This document shows positions 38,644 to 49,720 of a stretch of 64,000 nucleotides of DNA, in pieces. The notes beneath the pieces are model-generated. The model had not been told where the DNA came from. It worked only from the letters and a program-made list of their open reading frames with translations, and ran no database searches. Numbering within the stretch: the stretch's first letter is position 1; each line of letters starts with the position of its first letter. Both the position numbers and the translations under genes were made by a program. The stretch lies in the NCBI GenBank assembly GCA_039028615.1, contig JBCCHT010000004.1, positions 96,001-160,000 on the forward strand, read 5' to 3'. This DNA comes from Myxococcota bacterium. GTDB taxonomy: Bacteria > Myxococcota_A > Polyangia > Nannocystales > Nannocystaceae.

Positions 38644-40845
38644 ATGAGCAACGGAGGACCTCGTACCAACCCCATGAGTTCGGCCGCCTATGCGGTGCTG
38701 CTGAGTGTTTTCGCGGTGGGTGCGTGTACGAGCAACGAGATCGCCATCGTCGACACCGCGACCGGCAGCACGGGACCGACCGGCACCACCACCACGAGCA
38801 CCGCGCCCTCGCTCCCGCCGTCCGACTCCACCGGGGCGGGTACGTCGAGCGGCAGCGGCAGCTCGTCGAGCGGCGTGCCTCCCGTGTGGGGCACCACGTG
38901 GCAGAGCTCCACCACCGACATCGAGATTCCCGACGCCCAGTTCGTGGTCACCATCGAGAACCGCTCGGGGACGGGGCTGATGTGGAGCCCCCTGTCGCCC
39001 GGGCTGTGGGTCAACCACGTGACGGGAGCGGATGGGCTGTTCGAGTCGGGCGTGCCCGATGATGGCGAGGGCCTCGAGGCGCTGGCGGAACGCGGCGAAC
39101 CCGAGCCACTGCTCACCGCGGTGCTCGGCCACTTCGGCGTCGATCAAGGCGCCGTCTTCGACACCCCGGTCGGGGCCGGGGTCCCGGGCCCCTTGCTACC
39201 CGATGGCGATCGCTACGAGTTCACGCTGACCGCCGAACCTTCGACCCGGCTGTCGTTGGCGATGTCGCTGGTGGGCGGCAACGATCTAATCGTGGCCAGC
39301 GCCCCCGCGGGGATCGGGCTGTTCGCGGGCGGCGGCCAGCCGCTGGGAGAGCGGGATGTCAGCAGCAGCCTTCGGGTCTGGGACGTCGGTTCCGAGGTCA
39401 CGCAAGCCCCGGGCCAGGGGCCCATGCAAGCGCTGCACTCGGGGCCGGTCGACGCGAGCCAACCGGAGATACCCGGCGTCCATGCCCACGACCACTCCAC
39501 CCGCGCGGTACCGCTGGGGTCGGACTTCGTGCACATCGAGGTACTCGATCATCCCGACGATCGACGGGAGGGCACCTTCATCGTGCAGGTGACCAACATC
39601 TCCCTCGAGCGAGGCACGCTGCCCACCGAGCTCTCGCCGCTTTTGTGGGCAGTGCACGGCGATACGCTCGCGCTGTTCGAGGACGGCACGCCCGCGTCCG
39701 ACCCGCTGACGGCTTTGGCCGAAGATGGCGACGCCGGCCCGCTCGACGCACTGCTGGCCGGTTCCCCCGCCGTGGAGCAGCACGCGGTGGTCACCGGTGC
39801 GGGTGGTGGAGGCATCGTGCCGGGCGAGACCCTCGAGTTCGAGATCACGCCGACCGACACGGCCTCCGTGCTCAGCGTGGCCACCATGCTCTCCGAGACC
39901 AACGACGCGTTCCTCGGCACGGGCCCGGTAGGGGATGCTCCCAACGCGGGCATTCCTCTGTTCGCGGACGGCATGCCGCGGGACAACGAGGCCATCGAAA
40001 ACGACCTCCGGGCCCACCTCGCGGTCTGGGACGCGGGCACCGAAGCCAACGAGGTCCCCGGTGTCGGGCTCGCTCAGGGCGCACGACAGGCGGTCGCGGG
40101 CCAAGGCGCCCCCGAGGTCGTGGGCCCCACCGTGCACCGCTACGCCGATGTCACCAACGATCTGGCGGGCGACCTGCTCGGCGGGTTCGTGTCGGTCGAG
40201 GTGCAGCTGCAAGGCGGCAGCTACGTGATCACGATGACCAACACGAGCGCGACGACGGCCTTTGTGGGCACGCTGTCCCCCGTGTTGTGGGTGCTCCACG
40301 ACGACGCGTTCCTGCTCTTCGACCCCGGCGTGGCCGCGAGCCCGGGGCTCGAGGCCCTCGCCGAGGATGCCGACCCCACCGTGCTGCTCGCCGAGGTCAT
40401 GGGCCTGGGCCTGATGGAGGCAGGAATCATCGATACGCCGCCAGCCGGGTTGCCGGGTCCCTTGCCGCCCGGGGACGTATTCGAGCTGGTGTTGACACCG
40501 AGCATGCCGCAGCGATTCGTCAGCCTCGCCGCGATGGTCATGCCGTCGAACGACACCTTTGCCGGCCTGCAACCGGGCGGCGTGGCATTGCTGGACGACG
40601 CGGGCAACCCGAGGTCGGCCGAGGCCGTGGAGGCCGACATCGTGGCGCAGCTACAGGCGTGGGACGCGGGGACCGAGGGCAACCAAGCCGGGGCCGCGGG
40701 GCGAGACATGGCGCCGCAGCAGGTGGGCGACGACGTCGGCGCAAGCGAGGGCAGCGACCTCGTTCGGCAAGCCGGCGACGACGTGCGCTGGTCACTGCCC
40801 GCCGCCGAAGACCTCGTGCGGGTAATCGTCTCGCCCGTGCGGTGA
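38644..40845 (+). CDS. Lipoprotein with three tandem spondin_N-like domains
   Basis: Lipobox AVGAC; three repeats of LSP.LW..H...LAE.G..ND...WD.G.E. Confidence 0.85.
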   Translation: MSNGGPRTNPMSSAAYAVLLSVFAVGACTSNEIAIVDTATGSTGPTGTTTTSTAPSLPPSDSTGAGTSSGSGSSSSGVPPVWGTTWQSSTTDIEIPDAQFVVTIENRSGTGLMWSPLSPGLWVNHVTGADGLFESGVPDDGEGLEALAERGEPEPLLTAVLGHFGVDQGAVFDTPVGAGVPGPLLPDGDRYEFTLTAEPSTRLSLAMSLVGGNDLIVASAPAGIGLFAGGGQPLGERDVSSSLRVWDVGSEVTQAPGQGPMQALHSGPVDASQPEIPGVHAHDHSTRAVPLGSDFVHIEVLDHPDDRREGTFIVQVTNISLERGTLPTELSPLLWAVHGDTLALFEDGTPASDPLTALAEDGDAGPLDALLAGSPAVEQHAVVTGAGGGGIVPGETLEFEITPTDTASVLSVATMLSETNDAFLGTGPVGDAPNAGIPLFADGMPRDNEAIENDLRAHLAVWDAGTEANEVPGVGLAQGARQAVAGQGAPEVVGPTVHRYADVTNDLAGDLLGGFVSVEVQLQGGSYVITMTNTSATTAFVGTLSPVLWVLHDDAFLLFDPGVAASPGLEALAEDADPTVLLAEVMGLGLMEAGIIDTPPAGLPGPLPPGDVFELVLTPSMPQRFVSLAAMVMPSNDTFAGLQPGGVALLDDAGNPRSAEAVEADIVAQLQAWDAGTEGNQAGAAGRDMAPQQVGDDVGASEGSDLVRQAGDDVRWSLPAAEDLVRVIVSPVR

Positions 40846-40852
40846 GCCGGGC

Positions 40853-41626
40853 CTACGCGTCGTACTCCACGCTCTCGAGGTAGAGCCCCGAGGCGGGCGC
40901 GGTGCCCGGCGCCATCTTCCGGTCGCGCGCCTGCAAGATGGCCTCGAGCTTGGCGGGCGTGCTCCGCCCCTCTCCTACCTTGACGATCGCTCGCACCAGG
41001 TTTCGCACCATCTTGTACAAGAACCCGTCGGCCCGGAATCGAAACACGATATGGGGCCCGTCGGCGTCCAGCTCCACGCTCATCAGGTTGCGTACCGTCG
41101 ACTTGCGATCGTAGTTGGTCTTCTTGGCGAACGAGGCAAAATCGTGGCGCCCCACCAGCACCGAACTGGCGGCTCGCATGGCGTCGATGCGAAGGCCGGC
41201 GGCGACGTGCCAGACCCGCCCGATCCGCTCGGCGGGACAATCGGGGCCGCTCCAGAGCTCGAATCGGTAGGTCTTGGCCACCGCACCTTCGCGGGCGTGA
41301 AAATCGGCGGGGGCCTCCACGCACTCGAGCACTTCGATGTCCGAGGGCAGGACCCGATCGAAATCGGCGAGCAGCTCTTCGGGGGGCGATCGAAACGGCG
41401 CCGCGAAGTGAGCGACCTGCCCGTCCGCATGGGCGCCGCGATCGGTACGCCCGGAGCCATGCACGGTACAGCGCGCGCCCACGATCTCTTCGACCGCGGC
41501 CTCCACCGCGCCCTGCACGGTGGGTTTGCCCTGGTGCCGCTGCCAGCCCTGGTACGCCCGCCCGTCGTAACGCAGCGTCAAGCGATAGACCGTGACCGCG
41601 GATGGAGTGGGCTCGTCGTCGACCAC
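40853..41626 (-). CDS. truA: tRNA pseudouridine(38-40) synthase
   Basis: YDGRAYQGWQ, GSGRTDRGAHA.GQ, FHAR, G.HDFASF, GFLYKMVR, TAPASGLYL; start approximate. Confidence 0.95.
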   Translation of the reverse strand: MVDDEPTPSAVTVYRLTLRYDGRAYQGWQRHQGKPTVQGAVEAAVEEIVGARCTVHGSGRTDRGAHADGQVAHFAAPFRSPPEELLADFDRVLPSDIEVLECVEAPADFHAREGAVAKTYRFELWSGPDCPAERIGRVWHVAAGLRIDAMRAASSVLVGRHDFASFAKKTNYDRKSTVRNLMSVELDADGPHIVFRFRADGFLYKMVRNLVRAIVKVGEGRSTPAKLEAILQARDRKMAPGTAPASGLYLESVEYDA

Positions 41627-42259
41627 GGCGCACCATAACAAGCAGCCCACCAAGCTCCGTGCCCGGCCACCAGTCCGCCGCGCGCCTGCTCCAGACCCCG
41701 TCGTGCGTGGGTTCCGGGCCTCGGCGAACGGGGGCGGTCGGCGACCGGGATCGGGATTCCCGTCGCCTCCGAGGCCCTGGGTCACCCCCCTGCCCTCGCG
41801 AAAAAGCCGCATTTTCAGCCGAACCACGACGCGTCCCGGCCCGTGCGTTCGAAAAAAAATCACTCGGCCGCGGGCTCGAGCACGGACGAGAGTGTTCCGC
41901 TTTCACCGCCCGTGTCGTGCCGTCCCATCACGCACGACTTCTTCCGCCGCGGCACCGTGCTCGACCCCGGCACCGCGCCCGACTCGACCCCGACGAGCGT
42001 CCTGTCGGAAGACGCTGTCGTCCACCGCGAGCCGACGGCTGCGGATCGATCGATGCACCCCGGATTCGAATGGTCGATGCGGCACAGTCCGATCACCCTT
42101 TTCGCTTCGAAGCGGAAGCAATCCTCCCGCATCGGCTCGACACCAGGAGCCCTCGCACGCCCCTGTAGCCCTTGCAATTCGGACCTTTTCGCGGTTTCAC
42201 TATCCAACGGTTTCATCGCGATTGCGGTGGCGTGAACCCAAGAGGAAGACGATAGCAAC

Positions 42260-44683
42260 ATGCGTTTCGGGCACTTCGACGACGAGCGGCGGGAGTACGT
42301 AATCGAGACCCCGCAGACCCCCTACCCGTGGATCAACTACCTCGGGAGTGAAGAGTTCTTCGGCCTCGTGTCCAATACGGGCGGCGGCTACTGCTTCTAT
42401 CGCGATGCCCGTTATCGCCGTCTGACTCGCTACCGCTATAACAACGTCGCGCCCGACGAAGGCGGTCGCTACTTCTACATCAAGGACGGCGACGACACGT
42501 GGACGCCCTCGTGGCGCCCCATGAAGAGCAAGCTCGATCGCTACGAGTGTCGCCACGGCATGGGCTACACGAAGATCGCGTCGTCCCGCGGTGGGGTCGG
42601 CTGCGAGCAGCTGCTCTTCGTCCCGCTGGGCCATACCTGCGAGGTCCACCAGGTCACGCTCCGCAACGAGGGCAAGGAAGCCAAGAAGCTCCAGCTCTTC
42701 TCCTTCGTCGAGTGGTGCCTATGGAACGCGCTGGACGACATGACCAACTTCCAGCGCAACTACAACACGGGCGAAGTGGAGATCGAGGGCAGCACGCTCT
42801 ACCACGTCACCGAGTATCGCGAGCGCCGGGATCACTACGCCTTCTATCACGTCAACGCCGAGATCGCGGGCTACGACACCGACCGCCACAGCTTCCTCGG
42901 CCTCTACAACGGCTTCGGTGAGGCGCAGGTTCCCATCGAGGGCAAGGCGACCGACTCGAAGGCGAGCGGCTGGCACCCCATCGCGTCGCATCAGCTCGAC
43001 GTCGAGCTCCAGCCGGGTGAGTCGAAGACCTTCGTGTTCGTGCTCGGCTACTGCGAAAACCCCCGTGCGGACAAGTACGTGTCGCCGGGGGTCGCCAACA
43101 AGGCGCCCGCCCAAGCGCTCATCGAGGCCTACGACTCGCCCGCCAAGGTCGACGCGGCGATGGAGGCCCTGCGCAAGCACTGGGATGGCCTGCTGGGCAG
43201 CTTCCAGGTCAGCTCCAGCGACGAGCGCCTCGATCGTCAGGTCAACATCTGGAACCAGTACCAGTGCATGGTGACCTTCAACATGTCGCGCTCGGCCTCG
43301 TTCTTCGAGTCGGGCATCGGCCGCGGCATGGGCTTCCGCGACTCCAACCAGGACCTGCTCGGCTTCGTGCACATGGTCCCCGAGCGGGCCCGCGAGCGCA
43401 TCATCGACATCGCCTCCACCCAGTTCGAGGACGGCGGCGCGTATCACCAGTACCAACCGCTGACCAAGCGCGGGAACAACGACATCGGCAGCGGCTTCAA
43501 CGACGACCCGCTGTGGCTCATCTTGGGGGTGAGCGCGTACATCCGCGAGACGGGAGACACGTCGATCCTCGAGGAGCAGGTGCCCTTCGACAACGACGAT
43601 GGCAACACCGCAACCTTGCTCGAGCACTGCAAGCGCTCGTTCATGCACGTGCCCAACAACCTCGGGCCCAACGGTTTGCCGCTCATCGGTCGCGCCGACT
43701 GGAACGACTGCCTCAACCTCAACTGCTTCTCCGAGACCCCCGACGAGTCGTTCCAGACCACGGGTAACAAGACCGGACGCACCGCGGAGTCCACCTTCAT
43801 CGCGGGGCTCTTTTGCCTCGCGGGTGAGCAGTACGCCGAGATCCTCGAGTTGTCGGACAAGTCGGCGGAGGCCGAGGAAGCCCGCGGCTGGGTCACGCGG
43901 ATGTCCAACACCATGGAGAACGCGGGCTGGGACGGCGACTGGTTCCTGCGGGCCTTCGACTTCTACGGCGAGGCCATCGGCAGCAACGCCAACGACGAGG
44001 GCAAGATCTACATCGAGCCTCAAGGCATGTGCGTGATGGGGGGCATCGGCATCGAGTCGGGCAAGGCGGCCAAGGCCCTCGACGCGGTCAAGGAGCACCT
44101 CGATACCGACTACGGCATCGTGCTCCTCCAGCCTCCCTACACCACCTACCAGGCGCGGCTCGGCGAGATCTCGAGCTACCCGCCCGGCTACAAGGAAAAC
44201 GCCGGCATCTTCTGCCACAACAACCCGTGGGTGATGATCGCCGAGACCATGCTCGGCAACGCGGATCGGGCCTGGGACTACTACACCAAGATCGCCCCCG
44301 CCTTCGTGGAGGAGATCAGCGACACCCACCGCACCGAGCCCTATGTGTACTCGCAGATGGTCGCGGGCAAGGACGCGGTCAACCATGGCGAGGCCAAGAA
44401 CTCCTGGTTGACCGGAACCGCGTCGTACAACTGGGTCGCGATCACGCAGCACATCCTCGGGGTGCGAGCCGAACTGAACGGGCTGAGCGTGCGGCCCTGC
44501 CTGCCCAAGTCGCTGGGCGACGTCGAGGTGAGCAGAACCCTGCGTGGGGTCACCTTCGACATCACCATCAAGAACACCGGCTCGGGCACGCGCCGCCTCA
44601 CCGTCAACGGCTCGCCCATCGACGGCGACGTCGTGCCCTTCCCCGAAAGTGGCGAACGCGTCGAAGTGCTGTGCGAGTGTTAG
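42260..44683 (+). CDS. cbp: Cellobiose phosphorylase (GH94)
   Basis: [60 protein letters not shown]. Confidence 0.92.
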   Translation: MRFGHFDDERREYVIETPQTPYPWINYLGSEEFFGLVSNTGGGYCFYRDARYRRLTRYRYNNVAPDEGGRYFYIKDGDDTWTPSWRPMKSKLDRYECRHGMGYTKIASSRGGVGCEQLLFVPLGHTCEVHQVTLRNEGKEAKKLQLFSFVEWCLWNALDDMTNFQRNYNTGEVEIEGSTLYHVTEYRERRDHYAFYHVNAEIAGYDTDRHSFLGLYNGFGEAQVPIEGKATDSKASGWHPIASHQLDVELQPGESKTFVFVLGYCENPRADKYVSPGVANKAPAQALIEAYDSPAKVDAAMEALRKHWDGLLGSFQVSSSDERLDRQVNIWNQYQCMVTFNMSRSASFFESGIGRGMGFRDSNQDLLGFVHMVPERARERIIDIASTQFEDGGAYHQYQPLTKRGNNDIGSGFNDDPLWLILGVSAYIRETGDTSILEEQVPFDNDDGNTATLLEHCKRSFMHVPNNLGPNGLPLIGRADWNDCLNLNCFSETPDESFQTTGNKTGRTAESTFIAGLFCLAGEQYAEILELSDKSAEAEEARGWVTRMSNTMENAGWDGDWFLRAFDFYGEAIGSNANDEGKIYIEPQGMCVMGGIGIESGKAAKALDAVKEHLDTDYGIVLLQPPYTTYQARLGEISSYPPGYKENAGIFCHNNPWVMIAETMLGNADRAWDYYTKIAPAFVEEISDTHRTEPYVYSQMVAGKDAVNHGEAKNSWLTGTASYNWVAITQHILGVRAELNGLSVRPCLPKSLGDVEVSRTLRGVTFDITIKNTGSGTRRLTVNGSPIDGDVVPFPESGERVEVLCEC

Positions 44684-44821
44684 CGCGCGCAATCGAGACT
44701 CGACTGCGTCGCTCCGGCGACGGACTGGCTGCGCCCGCCACCCCGTGGCGACTGCCGTAGCCACCGAATATTCTCGAAAACAACGTGAATGGGCGGAGAC
44801 CCGGTGGGTACCCCGCTGGTC

Positions 44822-45484
44822 ATGAACGACCGTAGCTCGAAACGAATCGCCATGACCCTGCTGCTCGCCACGACGGTCGTGGGCTGCGATCAGGCAGAGA
44901 TTGGACCGAGTGACTTCGACGGCGACGTCGAGTACCGAAGCGACGAGAGCGAGGCCATCGCGGCGCTCGAGGCCCGCGTCCTCGAGCTCGAGAAACTTCA
45001 CTACACCAACCGCGTCTTCGTGACGTCGACCAAGTATGCCGCCACCTTCGGCGGGGCCTCCGACGCCGCCGCGCTGTGCCAGAACCACGCCGATTCGGCC
45101 GGTCTCGGCGGCACCTGGGTGGCGTGGATCAGCGACTCCAGCGAAGGCAGCGCGGCCGACAACTTCACGCAATCCCCCTACGACTACACGTTGGTCGACG
45201 GGACCGTCATCGCCCACGGTTGGGACGAGCTGACGGACGGAGGCCTGGACAACCTCATCGGGCTCGATGAGGACGGCGTCTCGCGAACCGGCTTCGCCTG
45301 GACCGGAACCAACACCGACGGAAGCACGAGCGGGTATACCTGTTCCGACTGGACGGCCACCTCCAGTGTGGGGAAGGTCGGCAGTGCCAACAGCGACAAC
45401 AACGGTGCGTCTCCGCAGTGGTGGACCACCCGCGGGAACCTCTCTTGCGGATCCACGGCCCGCCTGTATTGCTTCGAGCAGTAG
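44822..45484 (+). CDS. Lipoprotein with DUF1554-like domain
   Basis: Lipobox VVGC; RVFVTS..GG...A..LCQ..A..AGL.GTW.AW.SD; WTGT; CSDWT; RLYCFEQ. Confidence 0.85.
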   Translation: MNDRSSKRIAMTLLLATTVVGCDQAEIGPSDFDGDVEYRSDESEAIAALEARVLELEKLHYTNRVFVTSTKYAATFGGASDAAALCQNHADSAGLGGTWVAWISDSSEGSAADNFTQSPYDYTLVDGTVIAHGWDELTDGGLDNLIGLDEDGVSRTGFAWTGTNTDGSTSGYTCSDWTATSSVGKVGSANSDNNGASPQWWTTRGNLSCGSTARLYCFEQ

Positions 45485-45519
45485 AGGACTGCATGCCAGG
45501 CTGCTAGCCTGTGCGCGCC

Positions 45520-46458
45520 ATGGAAACCGTCAGCTATGGAGGCTGGGACGCGTGCCGACGTCTACGTTCGGGCGACGTCGAACTCATCGTCACCACCGAG
45601 GTCGGACCGCGGATTCTCTTCTACGGCCGCAGCGGAGGTGACAACGAGCTTCACGTCGCACCGCGCAGCAAGGACGCGCCCGGGCCCGACGAGTGGGTGA
45701 ACTACGGGGGGCACCGTCTGTGGCACGCCCCCGAGGTTCCGCCGCGCAACATGGCGCCCGACAACGACGCGGTGCAGGTGCAGGAGGTGCCCGGTGGAGC
45801 GGTGTTCGTGCAACCCACGGAGGCCAGCACCGGGCTGCAGAAAGCCATCGAGATCGTCGGTGACGATCGAGGTGTTTTTTGCATTCGGCACCGGCTGACC
45901 AACCACAACCTGTGGGCCATCGAAGCTGCGGTCTGGCCGATCTCGGTGATGGCCGCGGGCGGCACCGCCATCGTGCCGCTGCCTCCGCGAGGGGTGCACC
46001 CCGAGACCATCGCCCCGTCCAACCCCGTCGTGCTGTGGGGCTATACCGACATGGCCGACCCGCGCTTCGTGTGGGGACGGCAGTGCATCCTCGTCCATCA
46101 CGACGGTGACGCCGCGCAGGCCCAGAAGGTCGGCACGTGGTCGCCCGCCGGCTGGATCGCCCACGCTCGGGCGGGACGGCTCGTGCTCAAGACCTTCGAC
46201 CTCGATCCCGAGGCCTTCGCCGCCGGTCGCTATCCCGACATGGGCAGCAACATCGAGGTGTTCACCAACGCCGACATCCTCGAAGTCGAGACCCTCGGCC
46301 CGTTGACGCGCATCGAGCCCGGCCAGACCGTCGAGCATGCCGAGCGCTGGTCGCTGCTGCACGACGTGCCCCAGCCGCGCTCGGAGGCCGAGGCCCTCAG
46401 CGCGGTCCTGCCCCGGGTCGAGGCCGCTCTGAAGGCGGCCGACTCCACCGCCTCGTAG
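45520..46458 (+). CDS. Hypothetical protein, galactose-mutarotase-like (DUF4380-like)
   Basis: VGPRI, YGGHRLWHAPE, YPD.GS..EVF, LEVETLGPL..PG...H.E.W. Confidence 0.7.
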   Translation: METVSYGGWDACRRLRSGDVELIVTTEVGPRILFYGRSGGDNELHVAPRSKDAPGPDEWVNYGGHRLWHAPEVPPRNMAPDNDAVQVQEVPGGAVFVQPTEASTGLQKAIEIVGDDRGVFCIRHRLTNHNLWAIEAAVWPISVMAAGGTAIVPLPPRGVHPETIAPSNPVVLWGYTDMADPRFVWGRQCILVHHDGDAAQAQKVGTWSPAGWIAHARAGRLVLKTFDLDPEAFAAGRYPDMGSNIEVFTNADILEVETLGPLTRIEPGQTVEHAERWSLLHDVPQPRSEAEALSAVLPRVEAALKAADSTAS

Positions 46459-46556
46459 GACCTACGGAGGCCCGCCGATGACCGGGCCCTCGAGCTCGTC
46501 GTCGGGGGCTTCGTCGCCGTCCCGCGAGTCGCGGGAAACGACATACCGCGCCAGGA

Positions 46557-49500
46557 TCAGGGCGACGCGATCTCGGAGAGGGCCTCGGCGGAGGTGCCCC
46601 GCTTTTCGAGCCACGCGTCGACATCGCGAATGTGCTCGGCCCCGCGAGGGCCCGCGTCTCCGAGCACCTCCCGCGCCCGCCGGGCGAGCACGAGTGCCCG
46701 CTGCCGTCGCTCGGTGTGCTCGAGCTCGATGGCACCCGGCGTCGGCCACAACGCTCGCGCGAGCACGAAGGCCGCGTTACCCAGCGTCAGCGGAGAGAGG
46801 TCCCGCTCCTGGGCCTGAGCCCAGCCCGTCTCCGCGACGTCTCGAGCCTCGTCGAAGTGACCCGCATCGACGAGCGTGCCCGCCAGGTTGTTGCGACTGA
46901 GCATGACCACGGGATGGCCCTCGCCCAGTCCCTCGACCCGTAGTTCCAGCGCCTTGCGGTGCTCGACCAGGGCCTCTTCGATTCGCCCCTGGCCCTCGAG
47001 CGCCTGCCCCAAGTTCGCGCGGGGGATGGCCACGTTGTGATGACGCGGTCCCATCGCTCGCTCGGCGGCGGTGATGGCCAGGCGCGCCTCGGCCTCGGCC
47101 TCGGGGAACTTCTTCATCGACCCCAGCGTCCCGGAAAGATTGCTGCGCACCATGGCGACCTTGGGGTGGTCGGGTCCCAACGCCGCCGTCAGTCGCACCA
47201 AGACCTCACGAAGGTGCACCTCGCCTTCCTCCAGCCGGTTTTGATACACGAGCGCGTTGGCGAGGTTGAGCCGCGCCAGTGCACCGCGCTCGTGCTTGGG
47301 ACCCAGGGCTTCGTCCCAGGCTCTCCATGCCGCTCGGGCCGCGGCTTCGGCCTCCTCGTACTTGCCCCGCCCCATCAGCAGGCTGCTGATGTTGTGGTTG
47401 GACATCGCCACATCGGGGTGGTTGGAGCCCAGCGCGACGGCCAGCACTCGACGCGAGCGTTCGAACTCGACCTCGGCCTCGTCATAGCGCGCCATCTCGT
47501 TGAGCGTGACCGCCAGGCTGTTGAGGCTATGGCCCACGAGGTAGTGCTCCGGCCCCAGCTCCTGCCGTCGCAGCTCGAGCGACTGGCGACGATGCCCCTC
47601 GGCCTCGTCGAGCTTGCCCTGCTGCTGGAGGACGATGCCGAGGGAGTCGTGCAGCTGGGCGCTCGCGATGGGGTCTCCCCGCGTCAAGCCCGAAGCCAGC
47701 TCCCGGTAGCGCAGGGCCTCGAGCGGCCGCCCCTGTCGATCGCCCACGATCGTCATCAGCGATGTACTGGCCTCGAACACGAGATCCCACTGCTCGTGGA
47801 CGACGGCGCTCTCCAGCGCGACCCGCAGGGCATCCACCGCCGCGTCGTGGTCCCCGTGCGACTCGAATACGCGGCCCCGCACGATCTCGACCTCGGCCAC
47901 GATCGGCCCGTATTCGACCAGAGGGAGCCGCTCGTCGACTTCGGCCAACGTCTGCTCCGCCTCGCTGTACTTGCCCACCACCCGTAGGGCGCGGCCGCTG
48001 GCGAGCAGCGCTCGAATCTCGGCGACGGTCGGCGCTTCGTGGTCGGGCGGGGGCGCGACCTCGGACTCGAGCGCCTCGACGTCCTCACACCGTGACAAGG
48101 GTCGCAGCCGATCGACGACTTCGTGGGCCTTGACCGTCGTGTCGAAGTCCGCCTCGGCAAAGATGCCCACTGCCGCGCCCAGGTCCTCGCGCGCCTTGCC
48201 CAGGCAGGCCATGCGCAGATCCATGACCTCGGCCGATTGCTCGCCTCGCACTGCCGTGGCCTCGCAGACCTCGGTATGCATGGCCACCCACTGCTCGGTG
48301 TAGTCGTCGAGCCGCGGCCCGGTGCGCTCCCACGCTCGCTCGCCGAACTCTCCCCCCGCCGCCGCGAAGCCTCGCCCCAGCTGCTCGCGGCGATCGCCGT
48401 CCCAGACCGCGGCCAGCTCCTGCCGAGCGCCGCTGCACCGCTCGTCGCGGGCCTGCTGCCACGCCCAGGCCCCCACGCCGCCCAAGCTCAGCAGGCCCAG
48501 GGCACCGACCCCTCGCACCCACCGGTTGCGCCGCTGGCCCGAGTCGAAGGTCAGCGCATCGAGCAGCGCCTGCATGCTCGGCCACCGGTCTTCGGGGCGC
48601 GCCGCGAGCCCACGCTCGAGGGCGGCCACGATCGGCGCGGGCACACCGGACGCGTCGCTGGGCCACGCCGCGGGACCTCGGAGCTTGGCCAGCAGCGGGT
48701 CCCGCCCCGCGAAGGGAGGCTTGCCCACGAGCGCCTCCCACAGCGCCACGCAGAACGCGTATTGATCGACCGCCGCCGTCAGTCGCTGACCGCGGTGCTG
48801 CTCCGGCGCCATGTAGCGCGGCGTGCCGCGGATCGTGCCCGACTGGGTCTCGAGGTCGTCGTGGTGCGAATACGAGGGCGACCGCTCCGGGGGCGAGACC
48901 CCGTCGAAACGCACCACGAGTTTGGCCAGGCCGAAGTCGGTGACCTTGACCCGCCCTTCCTGGGAGACGAGGACGTTCGCCGGCTTGAAGTCTCGGTGCA
49001 GCATGTCCACCGCATGGGCGGCCACGAGCCCGTGTCCCGCCTTGGTGAAGCGCTCGACCACCGCGCGCCAATCCTCGGGCCTGCGCTGCTCGTTGCGATG
49101 CTGACGGAGCCACGCGAGCAGCGTCTGGCCCTCCACGTACTCCATGACCAACACCAGCCCATCCGGGGACTCCTCGGTGTCGTAGACCCCCACCACATTG
49201 GGATGCGACAGCTTGGCCATCGCTCGGGCCTCTCGCATGATGTCCTGCCATGCGCCGGAGTCGAGCGCTTCGGCGCGCACCAGCTTCAGCGCCACCTCGC
49301 GCTGCAGCTTGGGGTCGTAGGCCCGCACCACGCGTCCCATGCCGCCGCGGCCGACCTCGTGCAGCATGACGTAGCGCCCGACGTTGCTGCCGGGCGCCAC
49401 CGATCGCTCCGCGGCCTCGTCCGGGCGGGCCCACGGTGAATCGGGGGCCCCACCCACCACGGTGGTCGTGTCCACCGCCGACTCTGCCGGGCCGAGATCC

Positions 49501-49571
49501 GAAGTCTCGGCGTCCTGCGGCGATGGAGCCGGCCCCGGACTGTCGTCGCTCGGGACTCGAATCTCGTTCAC
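46557..49571 (-). CDS. Ser/Thr kinase with TM segment and C-terminal TPR array
   Basis: GRGGMGRV, VALK, HRDFKPAN, DFG, GTPRYMAPEQ; repeated LGP.HP.VA...NL TPRs; start uncertain (ORF extends to 49694). Confidence 0.93.
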   Translation of the reverse strand: MNEIRVPSDDSPGPAPSPQDAETSDLGPAESAVDTTTVVGGAPDSPWARPDEAAERSVAPGSNVGRYVMLHEVGRGGMGRVVRAYDPKLQREVALKLVRAEALDSGAWQDIMREARAMAKLSHPNVVGVYDTEESPDGLVLVMEYVEGQTLLAWLRQHRNEQRRPEDWRAVVERFTKAGHGLVAAHAVDMLHRDFKPANVLVSQEGRVKVTDFGLAKLVVRFDGVSPPERSPSYSHHDDLETQSGTIRGTPRYMAPEQHRGQRLTAAVDQYAFCVALWEALVGKPPFAGRDPLLAKLRGPAAWPSDASGVPAPIVAALERGLAARPEDRWPSMQALLDALTFDSGQRRNRWVRGVGALGLLSLGGVGAWAWQQARDERCSGARQELAAVWDGDRREQLGRGFAAAGGEFGERAWERTGPRLDDYTEQWVAMHTEVCEATAVRGEQSAEVMDLRMACLGKAREDLGAAVGIFAEADFDTTVKAHEVVDRLRPLSRCEDVEALESEVAPPPDHEAPTVAEIRALLASGRALRVVGKYSEAEQTLAEVDERLPLVEYGPIVAEVEIVRGRVFESHGDHDAAVDALRVALESAVVHEQWDLVFEASTSLMTIVGDRQGRPLEALRYRELASGLTRGDPIASAQLHDSLGIVLQQQGKLDEAEGHRRQSLELRRQELGPEHYLVGHSLNSLAVTLNEMARYDEAEVEFERSRRVLAVALGSNHPDVAMSNHNISSLLMGRGKYEEAEAAARAAWRAWDEALGPKHERGALARLNLANALVYQNRLEEGEVHLREVLVRLTAALGPDHPKVAMVRSNLSGTLGSMKKFPEAEAEARLAITAAERAMGPRHHNVAIPRANLGQALEGQGRIEEALVEHRKALELRVEGLGEGHPVVMLSRNNLAGTLVDAGHFDEARDVAETGWAQAQERDLSPLTLGNAAFVLARALWPTPGAIELEHTERRQRALVLARRAREVLGDAGPRGAEHIRDVDAWLEKRGTSAEALSEIASP

Positions 49572-49720
49572 CGCACCACCCGCCGCCAAGTATTCCACAG
49601 GAGCACTTGGTTCCCCCAACGGGGATCCCCTACGCCCGCCGTGTGCGACGAGCGGAGCCGCGCGATGCATGCGAACACGGCAGGCGGGGCGCACCGCTCA
49701 GCCGTTGGCTGCCTCGCGCC

